NCBI GenBank assembly: GCA_043228905.1
Contig: JBHGNT010000001.1
Location: forward strand, 24,490,001 to 24,554,000
DNA: 64,000 nucleotides
From: Azolla caroliniana
Taxonomy: Eukaryota > Plantae > Polypodiophyta
Direction of reading: 5' to 3'
Positions 26,083 to 38,400 of the stretch are shown piece after piece; the stretch's first letter is position 1, and each line of letters starts with the position of its first letter. The notes under the pieces were generated by a model, which was not told the DNA's origin, ran no database searches, and saw nothing but the letters and a program-made list of their open reading frames with translations. A program made the position numbers and the translations under genes.

Positions 26083-26658
26083 AGGAACAATGCATTTACA
26101 CAGTCCACAGGGGCAGTTGATCTTTTTCCGCCAATTGATCTTTCCCCGATCCCCCTCATACACAATAGCCCTCATGTCCCCACCTCAGCCAAGTCCAGGT
26201 GGCCCTCAGTCCATAGGATCGATTTATATTTATCTGCCAATTGCTAGCTCATTTTCCATCACTAGCCTTGTCCAACTATTAGGGTCGGTAGTTCCACGGG
26301 GATGTCCTCAACGCTGTTGCAATTCAACTAGGTGTCCAATAGATGTTTACGTCCCCATATCATTCTCACCGAACACCTCAACAAGATTCTCATGCAAGAG
26401 ATGTATGCACGAATCAACCCTTTTCGAGCACTCTATGGGCGTGACCCTCACCTCCCATCACAATCATCCATTGACATCCATTCCACCCTTGCCAACATGG
26501 ATAGTGCCGCTTGGGAGCTCTATCTCCAATAGATGCTCCCCCTCCTTCGACAAGCCACTATTCCTGTTCTTGTTCCTATTCATGTTCCTGTTCATGTTCC
26601 TCAGTATCTTGTTTCTCTCAGGGGGGAAATGTGGTGTGCGTGTGTTCCTTTGTGCCAC
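26083..26658 (-). pseudogene. Unknown decayed ORF of about 190 codons
   Basis: ORFs 26464-26658 and 25963-26175 share one frame with a few stops between them; Cys cluster NCPCGLCKC; no recognised family. Confidence 0.4.
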
Positions 26659-28913
26659 CCTTTTCGCACACCCTTTTTAGCATGCATGTACCTAAGCCAA
26701 CCCACGCTTTTAGCACACCCTTTTTAGCTAAACCAACCCAAATGGATACTTTTATATCGACTATAAATTGAGCACAAAGTAAGAAGCTAAGTAGGTTGGT
26801 TTTGATCTCTTATGTGCATATCACAATATACTCGAGAAATATCTCTAGAATATACTCATCTAGAATATACCATAGAATATTTCTAGAATATACTAAAGAG
26901 TAGAATATTCTGAATGATATGCTAGACTATACAATTTTAAACCATATATAACTTACATGTAACTTAAGGGTTTTCAAATGGTTTATCTAATACTAAGTAT
27001 TGGGTGTGTTATAGGTTAGAGGTTCGAGCCTAGATGTGACATTATCCCCCTTCTTACGCCACCTTCCCAAACCGGTACCAGAGATGAAAATCCTGGACCA
27101 CCTCCGGGGCATTTTGTAAATTCGTCCCTAGTTCCCACATGGCGTCAGAAAGGGGGTAACCCTTACACAAGACGAGGTATTGCAGGTGTCAATGGTGCAA
27201 ACGTGAGTCAAGTATTTGGTCGATCTCATATTCCTCCCCTATCGTCAACTGCACATGTGGTGGTGGGGGGGGCCTAGCATCTTGGGAGTTGCGAAGCATA
27301 ATGGGGTTCGAGGAGGGAGACATGAAAAACATCATAAATCTGGAAGTGGGATGGAAGGGCCAGCCGGAAGGTGACGAGATTGATGTGCTCAACTATACGG
27401 AATGGTCCCAACTTCTTGTAATCAAGTTTTGCACATGGACGGGTAGTAGAGATCTGCCGTCGTAACAACCAGACCATGTCGCCGACGACAAAGGGTGGAG
27501 TGGCAGAGCGATGGCGATCACGTGCTTCTTGTATCGTTCGCTAGCAAGACGAAGCTCTAAAGATAAGTCATGATGTAGCTCTTCTAAAATGCAGGCTCCA
27601 CCCTCTACAGAAGGGTTCACTAAAGTGGTAGGGAGGGAAATTTTGAACAATGGATGTAAACCATAGTTTTCAAAGAAGGGAGTGACGCCAGTCGATGGAT
27701 GGAGAGAATTATTGTGGGCGAATTCAACTAGTGAAAGTAAGCTGACCCAATCAACTTGTTGGTAACTAATCGAGCACCGAAGATATTGCTGAAGGATTTG
27801 GTTGACGTACTCCGTCTGACCGTCAGTTTGGGGGTGATAGGCGGAGGACAACTTGATGGAGATACCTAAAGTGTGTCGCAGGCACTGCCAGAGGTGAGAG
27901 ACAAACTGGGGTCAATGGTCGGAGATGACATCATCAGGGAGTCCATGCAAACAAACCACATTGTTGAGGAGTAGATGTGCCATTCCTTCACCGGAAATGG
28001 TTTCTCAGCATGGAGTGAAGTGAGCCATCTTTGTAAACCGATCAACACTGACCAACACCAAGTCATAGATATTGACCAAGTGTAGATCGGTGATTAGGTC
28101 CATAGAGATAAAGGCCCAGGGATGACAAGGGCATGGAAGCAACTGGAGTAAGCTGTATGGCCGATGATGAGCAACTTTGGAGCGAGCACAAACCTCACAA
28201 GTCTTGATGTATTCTTTGAAAAACTTCCATGGTTTTGGTCACCGGTACCCTCGAGAGATTAGTTCGAGGGTTTTGGCAACCCCGAAATGACCTGCAAGGG
28301 GGTCATCGTGGCATTCTTGCAACACCCGGGTGCGACACGGGCCCTCCGGGACGTATAAGAGATGATCTCGGAATAGCAAACCATCTTGTATGGTGAAACA
28401 GTCAAGGTCCATCTAGTTGGGTGTTGTGGGGGGGTGTTGCATCGATTGTGGATGCATTAGTGATCTGTTGGAGTAATGAATCATCCTGCAACATACTAGT
28501 GGCAAAAAGATGCAATTGGTTGGGTTTCAACAAACAACGAGATTGTTGAGCATGTGCGACATCCCTGGGGCGGATTGCAAGTTTGGCTTGACGAGAAAGG
28601 GCATCAGCCTTCGCATGTTGGCCACCAAGTCGAAATATGATCTCAAAATCATAGTCAACGAGAAATGTATATCTCAAGTGTGAATTTGCGGGAGTAGTAG
28701 GCCACTGGGTGCATTATGTTGGTGTCGTTGGCTTGGGATAAGATGGCGCGAATTGCGAAGTTAGAGGCATCGGTTTCGACTTGGAAGGGTCTTGTGGGGT
28801 CGGCATGTAGAAGCACGGGGGCAAAATGATGAATTCGTGTTTGAGAGAGTCGAACACATTTTGTGCCACCGAGGTCCATAAAAAGGGATTACGTTTGTGG
28901 GAGAGGGCGATAA

Positions 28914-28936
28914 TGTCACAAACGTCGAGGCTAAAT

Positions 28937-29021
<85 letters not shown>

Positions 29022-29322
29022 GTAGCCAAGAGAGCAAGAAAGAGAGAGAGGGTGAGAACTAAATTATGCTTCCGTAACTGGTGTTGTTCACCTTGTTTGT
29101 AATAAAGGTGCACCCAAGTATTTATACAAGAATGTGGAGATATGCATGTAAACTAGGAAACATCTAGAGAGTGCATGGAAACTTCTAGAGAGTGCATGAA
29201 GATGCATTCTCTAGAAGTTTCTTGAAAGTTCTAGTGATTAACCTACGATGTAATAAGTTGAATATTATACAAGACAATAATGCATAGATGGATGTAGTTC
29301 AACTGGTATGGTTGCCCAATAA
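28914..29322 (-). repeat. Truncated LTR of a related Gypsy, sitting where the G3 RT should be
   Basis: Starts tgtcaca, then (AG)n, antisense TATA (tatttatac) and ctaga-rich U3 repeats like the G1/G3 LTRs; fuses directly to the PR C-terminus. Confidence 0.6.
28940..29018. repeat. (AG)n microsatellite, about 39 units
   Basis: Perfect dinucleotide run. Confidence 0.98.
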
Positions 29323-30670
29323 GGAGAGCCCTAAAACAATCAGAAGTCGAGGGGTTGCAATGAGCTAGAATGTTAATACCTCCTGGTGGAACCTGACTTG
29401 AAGTACCAATGGGACAGTGGCTTCGGTAACCGCCCCCAAAGAGAGAACCCATCCGTTGATAGCTTGAACGGATATGGGTTGTGTTGTGCGGATGGTGGGA
29501 ATTTTATATGCTTGGACGAACGCGATATTGATGAAATAAGTAGATGCACCAGAATCGAGCAAGGCATGGGATTGTATTGATGTAGAACCAAAACAAAGAC
29601 TTACTTGCAAAGTAAAACCTCCTGCTAGCATGGCTGAACTGTAGGAGCACAGAGAAGTAGGGTAACGGAAAGTGTCCAAAGGCATGGCTCCTAATGCAGC
29701 CAGACTTGGTCGTTTTCTTGTTATCGAGAAACCTTCGCAAGACGTGCATGGTGGGATTGATGATGAGGGCCGCGCACTGGGAAATGGCGGATGACATGGC
29801 CAGAGGTACCACAATAGAGGCAGAGGTCATTGTCACGTCGATGTTGTCGTTGGGCATCGGTAAATGGTTGGAACCGAGCATGGTCGATCATCATTGGGAA
29901 ATGGGGGTTGACCTCCATCGAGGTATGAGTATCATTGGAGGATGGCAACTATGGCGTGCTTGGAGAAACCAATATATATGGCCTTGTGAGTGGAGCATTG
30001 TGGGAGGAAGACGGGAAGCTTCGAGTCCCTCGCTCCTCCTGTCAAAGCTCAAAAAGACTATTATCACATTGAATGGCTTAGGAGATTACTTGAGACAATG
30101 ATGTGAGCTCCAGAAAGTTTAAGAGAAGAGTCTTGACATTGTTTCGGAGCCTTCGAGGAAACTGGTGGCATAAGGCTTGGTCATCCGAGCTGACATCGCA
30201 TGCGATCTGATGAAACTCTGAAGCATAGATCGAAGCTGGATGAGTGCCTTGTTGTAAGGAATAGAGCTTCATGAGTGCCGTTCGTCACCAGTCTATTTCT
30301 CCGAATGTGGCTTCAAGCTCCGCAAGGAAGGCAGGAAAGTTGTCTAAGAGTAGGGATGAGGTCTTGATCAATGGTGCAAACCATGCTTGTGTCGGCCCAG
30401 AGAGAAGGGTGCCAACGAGGCCAACCCGAGAGAAATTTCTAGCATAACTTCGCGGTTTTAAGCGGATGATAAGCCGAATTTGATTGATGAAACCACGAAG
30501 ATGTGCCTTTGAGCCATTGAATTTGTCAGGTAGGGTAACGCTAGGTTCGAGGACATATGAATGGGAAGAGGAAGGGGTTGGGCTAGGTGTTGAGGGAGGG
30601 TGAGGCTCGACGAGTGAGGGGCTATTGGATGTGCCATTTTGAAGCTCTCGCAATGATTGACAAAGGCTTT

Positions 30671-31326
30671 TTTTAAAGTTAATATGCGGAAACTTTGACA
30701 AACCGGTTTACTCGGATAACAACAGAAAGTATACACAGGTTTAATGGAAGCTTGAATCACACAGACAGAGAGAGCAAAACAACATAAACTTAGTTCAAAA
30801 TAATAATGCTCTGTACATACAATGTGCTCTGTGAGCACTTTTATACAACAGAAGTACTGACAAGTACTTCAATGCTCCTACAAGCGACTGACACTGACTC
30901 CTAAAAATATGCCTACATACTAGGCTAGATTCGTAGGCCCCTAATGGCCTACTGGTTACAATCCGATCCGGCTCTTGGTTCCGGATACCGATCCGGATAC
31001 CTATCCGGTTCTTCGTTCCGGATCCGGTTGAGCTTGTCCACTCAACACTCCCCCTCAAGCTCAACTTGAGGTCGGATTGTAGTGTCAGTGTCGGTGTCTG
31101 CTGGTTCTTTCCTCCGGCTCCACCTCGCGTCTTCCCGCCTTGTTCGCGCTCCTCGACACGTCTGGTTCCGCTTTCCACAACCCGTCTGGTCTCGCACCTC
31201 TCGACCTCCTCGTTCGGCATGTCTACTCATAAGGCCCTTCTCAGCTCCTTTGTTGTTGCGATTTCGGCACGTCTCGACCCGTCGATTCCTCTGTGTTGGT
31301 GTCGACTTCCGCTGCCTTCTCGTCCT
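30671..31326 (-). mobile_element. C3: fragment of C-type Copia (3' LTR about 30671-31047, PPT, extension ending PQVELEGEC)
   Basis: ctcaaca + ctccccctcaagctcaacttgagg, same layout as C1 and C2; truncated at about 31326. Confidence 0.8.
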
Positions 31327-31582
31327 ATTAAAAAAATAAATGTCACATTCAATGGGTTCAAAATTTAAAAGAACAATAAACCCACACATCCTTCCAGTGT
31401 TGCATCTCTCTCCAATTGTCCCTTGTGTAATAAATTCCAGTTGAGGTTGAAGGTGCATATGTCGAGGTGAACTTATACATAGTCTTTAATTGTTGAAGGT
31501 GAGTGAGTGAGTGAGTCTCTCGCTCTCTCTCCTTCTCCTACCTCACGTAAGTGGATGTTCAAGTTACTCTCTTTCCTTCTTT

Positions 31583-31613
<31 letters not shown>

Positions 31614-32149
31614 AGATCTCTCAGACCTCTGTCTCTGTCTCTGTCTCTCTCTCAGACCTCTCTCTCTCTCTCTCAAATCTCTCTTTGCTTCTCCTGCATT
31701 CACAAGTGTTCAAGTTGTGGTGACGCTTCAGACCATCTGCACCTCTAGGCAACCACGTTTTGTGTTCGCTTTGACCCTTTTGCAACCTCAAGGCGCTCTC
31801 TACTCACTTTGTCCCCTTTGCTCACTATGTCCCCACCATCTCTGCGCGCTGGTGCTTGTTGTGTCACATCATCCAGAGCGAACAAGAGTTCTTTGCTCTT
31901 TGTTGTTGTTATTATTGTGACCCCTCTATGGTGTATCGAGAATTCTTTGCTCACTTTGTCTCCTTTGCTTGTTGTGTTCATACCATCTCTGCTCGATGTT
32001 CTTGCTGTGACCCAACATCACAACATTTATGTCTCCTCCTATTGTAGGTTTTGTTGCATGATTTACAACAAGTTGTTGGCAAATAACTTGTGACTCTACC
32101 ACATATTCATTGAGAAGCTTCAACTATTTGAGAAGAGGTATATTCTTGT

Positions 32150-32720
32150 TGATTTGGTTTGTAAATGTTCTTGTTATGTCTGGTTTCTCAAATGTGCTCA
32201 TTTGAGAGTCTTGTATAGAAATATGCTTGAGTCTTGTACATGCTCATTATGGTAAGTGGGTGCTATGATTATGTGATGCTATTTATATATTTTCTTCCTT
32301 AACATGTTCTTGTTGAGCATGTTTGGTGTTGTTCCTACTCTTCATTTGTCTTGTTTTTCCAATGCGTTCATTCGAGAGTCTTGTACAAAAATATGCTTGA
32401 GTCTTGTACATGTTCACATATGGTAAGGGGGCATTATGATGATATGATGTTATTTATATGTTATCTTCCTAAACATGTTCTTGTTGAGTATGTTTGTCGT
32501 CTTGTTTTTCAAATGTGTTCATTTGAGATTCTTGTACATGTTCAAATATGGAAAGGGGTGCTATGATGATATGGTCCTATGTATACGCAATGTTCCTCAA
32601 CATGTTCTTGTTGAGTATGTTTGGTGAAGTTCTTGCTCTTGTTCTATCTATTGTTCTTGTTCTTGTTCTTGTTTTATCTAGTGTTCATCCAAGAGCTGAG
32701 ATATGAATCTTGCACCTGTT
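32150..32720. repeat. Degenerate ~140-190-bp tandem repeat, about 3 copies
   Basis: tttcaaatgtgttcatttgagagtcttgta...catgttcttgttgagtatgtttg near 32184, 32365, 32505. Confidence 0.7.
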
Positions 32721-33704
32721 GAGGCTTGGGAAAGGGTGACTCATTTAGTACTTTTGTGATGACATGTCCAAGAAGTGCTTTGTTCTTGATCTGGACTACT
32801 ATGTCATGTTCTTGTTGTTTTTGTTGATGTTGTTGCAATTGTTGTTCTTTTTATTCTGAGTGTTCATTTGTGAGTCGCGATTTAGTAATTCTGTGATGAC
32901 AAGTATATGATTTGTTATTTTTGGAAAAGACTATTATCTCATGTTCTTGTTCTTGTTGGTGGTGTTATTGTTTTGGTGTAGGGTTCATTTGAGGGTCGAG
33001 ATATGCTTGAATCTTGTACATGTATATGCTTGAATCTACTTTGCTTCTTCTTCTTCTTCTTCTTGGAAAGGGGGATGTTTGACTTAGTACTGCTATGTTG
33101 AAAAGTTGTTTTCTTGTTGTTATTATTCTTGTTCTTGTTGATTTAGTATTGTTGTCTAGACATATTTATAGTGTGGTAATCTACTGTGTGATCTAGGAAT
33201 GGTATTCTGCTATGTATTTTGATGTGTGACGTACTTAGTAGTTTATAGCTATGTAAGGGAGTTAATACTATGTTGTGGAAGCTTTTTTTGAAGAAGAGTA
33301 GGAACTAGAAAAATGACAAAGAAGACACCCACGAAGAAGGCAATAGTCAAAGATGAAGTGATGACACCCACAAAGGAAAGAATGTGGACCCCCCAGCAAA
33401 GAAAGTAAATAGACACACACCAAAGAAAGGGTGAAGCGCATGTGAAGTTCAAGTGACATTGAAGTTGACTGGGAAGACTTTACTTGTCACCAGTCATCAC
33501 ATTATAGAGAGTCCTCCAATACAAACACTGGCTTGAAGTCTAAGGATACCGGTGAGGATATCTCTCCTTCTACCTTTTATGGTTTATATTTTTCTCCTTT
33601 AGCTATTAAGTTGTAGTTTGTGTCTCCAAGTCTATGTGTGTATTTTGTGGCCTCGAATTCAGGCTCGAGGTTATGGATGTTGTGATTACACCGTGTACAC
33701 ACTC

Positions 33705-34120
33705 ATTCTGCAATTAGTTGTACTATTGGTTTAGTACTAGTATCCATTCTATATTTAGGTGGGCTAGGACAAGCATAGTACACACTTCAGGAGACCTTTA
33801 GGTGTACATGTGGTGTAGTACTAGAATCCATCCTATATTTAGGTGAGCTAGTACTAACATAGTACACACTTCTTTTCTACAACTAATTGTAAAGTTGGTT
33901 TAGTACTAGTATCCATTCTATATTTAGGTGGGCTAATACTTGCATAGTACACACTTCAGGAGACCTTTAGGGGTACACTTGGTGTAGTACTAGAATCCAT
34001 CCTATATTTTGGTGAGCTAGTAATAACATAGTACACACTTCATTCTACAATTAGTTGTATTGTAGGTTTAGTACTAGAATCTATTCTATATTTAGGTGGG
34101 CTAGTACTAGTATAGTCTAC
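33705..34120. repeat. ~85-bp palindromic tandem repeat, 5 copies with dimeric higher order
   Basis: tagtactag(t/a)atccat(t/c)ctatatttaggtg(g/a)gctag near 33732, 33816, 33901, 33985, 34069. Confidence 0.85.
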
Positions 34121-34215
34121 AAAAGTAGAGAATCACGCCGATGTAACAGTAGGCAGGAGTGTGAACCTTAACCTTGTATGTTAATTGAGATTGTTATTGA
34201 CACTGGTATTGTTGG

Positions 34216-35100
34216 GTGCATTCAGATTTAGTTGGACAAGAACTAGGAGATGAACAAATACAAGAAGATGATTTAGGCACTCTATGGAGCAGAGATGAAG
34301 ACTCTAAGATCGTGTCTATGCCTTGCACAAAAGTTGACTCTGACAACACCGCAACCACACATGAGGATTGTGAAGAAAACACCGCATTCAATTTAGAAGA
34401 GGAGAACGACTATAAAAAGAATGAGGTTTCTAGCATTATCCATGAGGAGGAGCACATGGGTACTAAAAACGATGTGGACAACACCATCCAGGATGAGTCT
34501 GCAAAAAACACAACTACCAACCACAAAGAGGAGCACATGTGCACTAAGAAAGATGTGGACAACACCATCCTGGATGAATTTGCGAAAAACACCGCTACCA
34601 CCCATGAAGAAAAACACATGGGTACTGCAAAATATATGGATGACACCATCCCGGATGAGTGAGTGAAAAACACATCTACCACCCATGAAGAGGAGCACAT
34701 GGGTACTACGAGACATGTGGACAACATCATCCCAGATGTGTGTGTGAAAAACACAACTACTACCCACGAGGAGGAGTACATGGTTACGAAGAAAGATGTG
34801 GACAACATCAGCTAGGATGAGTCTCAAAAAATTACCACTACCACCCACGAAGAGGAGCCGCACCAAATGAAGGACGAGGAATCCAAGGACATCCAGGAGG
34901 TGCATGATGATATTTCTATCAACCGCACCTTTTTGGATGATTGTGCATCTCATGTTGATATAAACAATGAAGTAGGAAACTCAAGGGGGGTGCCACCATT
35001 CCAAGGAGATGATGTTGTCCTATTGGCCTCCGATGATGAAGTGCCACTCAGTACTATGCAGAAGGGTGTAAAATCAATGAAGGAGATGATCAGTTCTTGA
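34216..35100 (+). pseudogene. Acidic low-complexity protein exon with a 27-aa (81-bp) tandem repeat
   Basis: THEEEHMGTKKDVDNTIPDESAKNTTT x5 plus a partial copy; His codons at 34441, 34522, 34603, 34684, 34765, 34846; two in-frame stops. Confidence 0.6.
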
Positions 35101-35484
35101 TGCATTACAAGTACCAGAAAATACTAGTGCCAAAGATTTTATGGGTCATGGTATGTACTTGTTATTGTCATATCGAAATGATATATCTTTTTAATACTTA
35201 TTATGTGTCAAATTGATATGTCTGACATTGTTTTTGTTCTCTCTAAGTATGAATATGATGTTTTATGAGAAGATGAATGTTGAGTCCATTACACTCCAAA
35301 GATGTTTATGACATCATGTACCTCTTGAGGGACCTTGGAGACAATTTACTTCCCTTGTGCTTTTTTTGAGTCATAGTGAACTTGATTGTGATAATGACCT
35401 CAACATAGATTATGGTGGTGGGTGCATCTTTACTAAAGCATACATGTGGGAGAACTGCCGTAACTTTGCATAATAGTTGTTATA

Positions 35485-38400
35485 GTGAACAAAAGAGGAT
35501 ATATACATGACTAGAAACAGTTAACACAGTAAGAGCACCAAACACTTTATGAAAACCAAAGAGGATATATACATTACTAGAAACAGTTAGCATGATAAGA
35601 GCACCAAATACTTTATGAAAATCAAAGAGGATATATACTGTACTAGAAACAGTTAACACTATAAGAGGACCAAATACTTTATGAAAACAAAAGAGGATAT
35701 TACATTACTAGAAAAATTTACCACTATAAGAGCACCAAACACTTAACAAACACCAAAGCGGATATATACATTACTAGAAACAGTTAACACTACAAGAGCA
35801 TCAATTTACCACTATAAGAGCACCAAACACTTAACAAACACCAAAGCGGATATATACATTACTAGAAACAGTTAACACTACAAGAGCATCAATTTACCAC
35901 TATAAGAGCACCAAACACTTAACGAACACCAAAGCGGATATATACATTACTAAAAACAGTTAATACTACAAGAGCATCAAACACTTTATGAAAACCAAAA
36001 AGGATAATACACTACGAGAAACAGTTAACACTACAAGGGCACCAAACACTTTATGAAAACCAAAGAGGATAATATATTACTAGAAATAGTTAACACTATA
36101 AGAGCACCACACACTTTATGAAAACAAAAGAGGATATTACATTTGTTAAGTAATTAGGGTTAATTAGAGACTAATTATATGGTTACGTTAAGCAGCGGAA
36201 GATTAGTATGATATGCGCGTGAGAGTGTGTGAGAGGAAGAGAGAGAGAGAGGAAGTTACACTTATGAGCACGAAGATAAATGGGGGATGATTGACTATAT
36301 TGAAAAGTGTCATCAACATACAAAAATACCCACAATGAGGTATATATACAACCCATGTGCAAAGGTGCACATGTGTGGGTAGAACATAGGTACTTATGTG
36401 TAAGTCCTACATTAAATGTACTAAGGAGTGGAGGATCTAGAATATCCCACTTAAGTACAAGGTCCTATTTAAAGGCTTAAGGTGAACACATTAACTAGAT
36501 TCGATCTAGGTAACTACTAAGTTACATGTGTTGACTAACTAGATTAAACTAGTTGAGCTTGATATCTCAACACGCCCCCTCAAGCTCAAGTGTGAGGCGT
36601 CCAATGTCCGGTTTAGCTTCCTTTGGCTTCGTCGGCATCAGTGCGGCTTGCGGCTTTCTTCGCGGCGTTGCACGGCTCTCCGCGGCTTTGTTGTGCGGCA
36701 TTGCGCGGCTTTCTTCGCGGCTTATTCTCCCCCTCAAGCCTGTGACGAAGGCTTGGATCCTCGGGCTCTTGTTTGGCCACTACCTTCATTGCGAGGGCAT
36801 AGTGATGGGCCATATACTTGTTGTAGGCGTAACGAGTGACTTGGGTCTTCGCTCGTGATGAGCGGCGGAGTTTCTCGTTTGTCGATGTGAGCGCCTTCTT
36901 TACTCCGGGTGTCCTCATGATGGGTACACCAAACTAACTGTCTAGTGAGTGAGCCGAATCATCCAAATCACAATCGTCGGGGTGGACCTCGACTTTGTAT
37001 TCGGGCATCTTACCTTTGCCTTTGTCGGATTTCGGACTTGTCCGCGACGTGTTTTCATCGCGCGGAGGCTCTTGTGGGCCAATTACCTCGGTAGAGCTTG
37101 GATTGTCCTTCGGTGGAGGATTTGGCTGAGTTTCATCATCCGAGTTGGCGTTCAACTCTTCCTCGATCGGGTCGGATGGAGTCGCATCGGGCTTATACCA
37201 AGATGTCGATTCGTCGAAAACGACGTCGCGACTTATCCGCACTGCTCGGGTCAAAGGGTTGAAGCACTTGTACGCCTTTTTCACGGACAAGTATCCTATG
37301 AGGATACATTCTTCTGACTTCGCGTCGGGCTTCTCTCGACTTTCTTTCGGGATGCGTACATTCGCAATGATTCCGAGCACCTTGAGGTGTGAGAGGATGG
37401 GCTTTCTTCCAACGAAGATCTCATATGGAGTAAGCTCGTGCACGCTATTTGTGGTGCATCGATTCATGAGATAGACGGCCGTGGATGTTGCTGCCACCCA
37501 ATAGAAGTTTGGCATGTGCTTCTCACGCATCATGGTGCGTGCTACCTCGAGTATTTGCCGATTCTTTCTCTCGGCTACTCCGTTTTGTTGGGGAGTGTGT
37601 TGGCATGAGAATTCTCTACGAATGCCTTCACCTTGGAGGTAGGAGGTGAACTCGTCAGAGAAGTACTCCTTTCCTCCGTCCGATCGTAGGCATCGAATGT
37701 GCCGACCGGTTTGTTCCTTCACTTGGCTTTTGAGCCTTTGAAAGTGGGAGAGCACTTCTCTCTTCTTCTTCATCGGGTATATCCACGCGTAGCAGGAGTG
37801 GTCGTCGATGAAGGTGACGTAGTAGTGGCATCCGCCGAGCATCGGCGTTTGAGCCAGTCCCCATACATTCGAGTGTATGACGTTGAGGAGGCCTTTGCTT
37901 GTGGAGCTCTCCTTCAGGAATGAGAGTCGATGTTGTTTAAAGAGTTCACACGCTTCGCATACTCGGTCGACTCGTTTCGACTCGAATGTTGGAAGTCCGA
38001 TGACGACTCCGTTTGTTTGCATAGCTCGGAGCCGTTGGAGGTTGATGTGGCTGATTCTTTTGTGCCACAACTCGATGAAGCAACCTTCATTGTTGTAGCG
38101 GACTTGCATGGCTTCCTCCACGATTTGGCCAACCGAGACCAAATTCTTTGTTATTGTGGGCACATGCAAGACATTCTTGATGCAGGTTTGCTCGCCTTCT
38201 TTCTCGAATGGGACATCGCTGATGTGCCGAATGGAATGTGAAGTGTCGTCTCTGGTCTCTATGTAGCCGAGTCGATCCGGCGCTCGCAAGTCGCGAAACC
38301 ACTCTTGGTGCGACGTCATGTGGTGCGAGGCGCCGGAGTCTACGAACCACGCGTGTTCGGAGTTGGAGGTGCTTGCGGAGTTTGCAGGATCGGAGGCCAT

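Larger units (their letters stand above)
26760..30670 (-). mobile_element. G3: degenerate Tcn1-like chromovirus (gag, PR, RH, INT, chromodomain; RT missing)
   Basis: gag LPDKFNG...FINQIRL 30078-30650; PR ALLDSGAS 29365-29620; [11 protein letters not shown]; INT SSAYHPQTDGQTE; chromodomain EEYEIDQILDSR; PPT 27042-27053; 3' LTR ends at 27041, left end approximate. Confidence 0.85.

Noticed and set aside
25931-26680. 249-aa + strand ORF
   Set aside because: It spans a Copia junction and is the shadow of minus-strand frames.
34142-34200. Another tRNA-headed LTR start (tgtaaca...gagtgtgaacc)
   Set aside because: The B box is imperfect, with no A box, partner LTR end or TSD.
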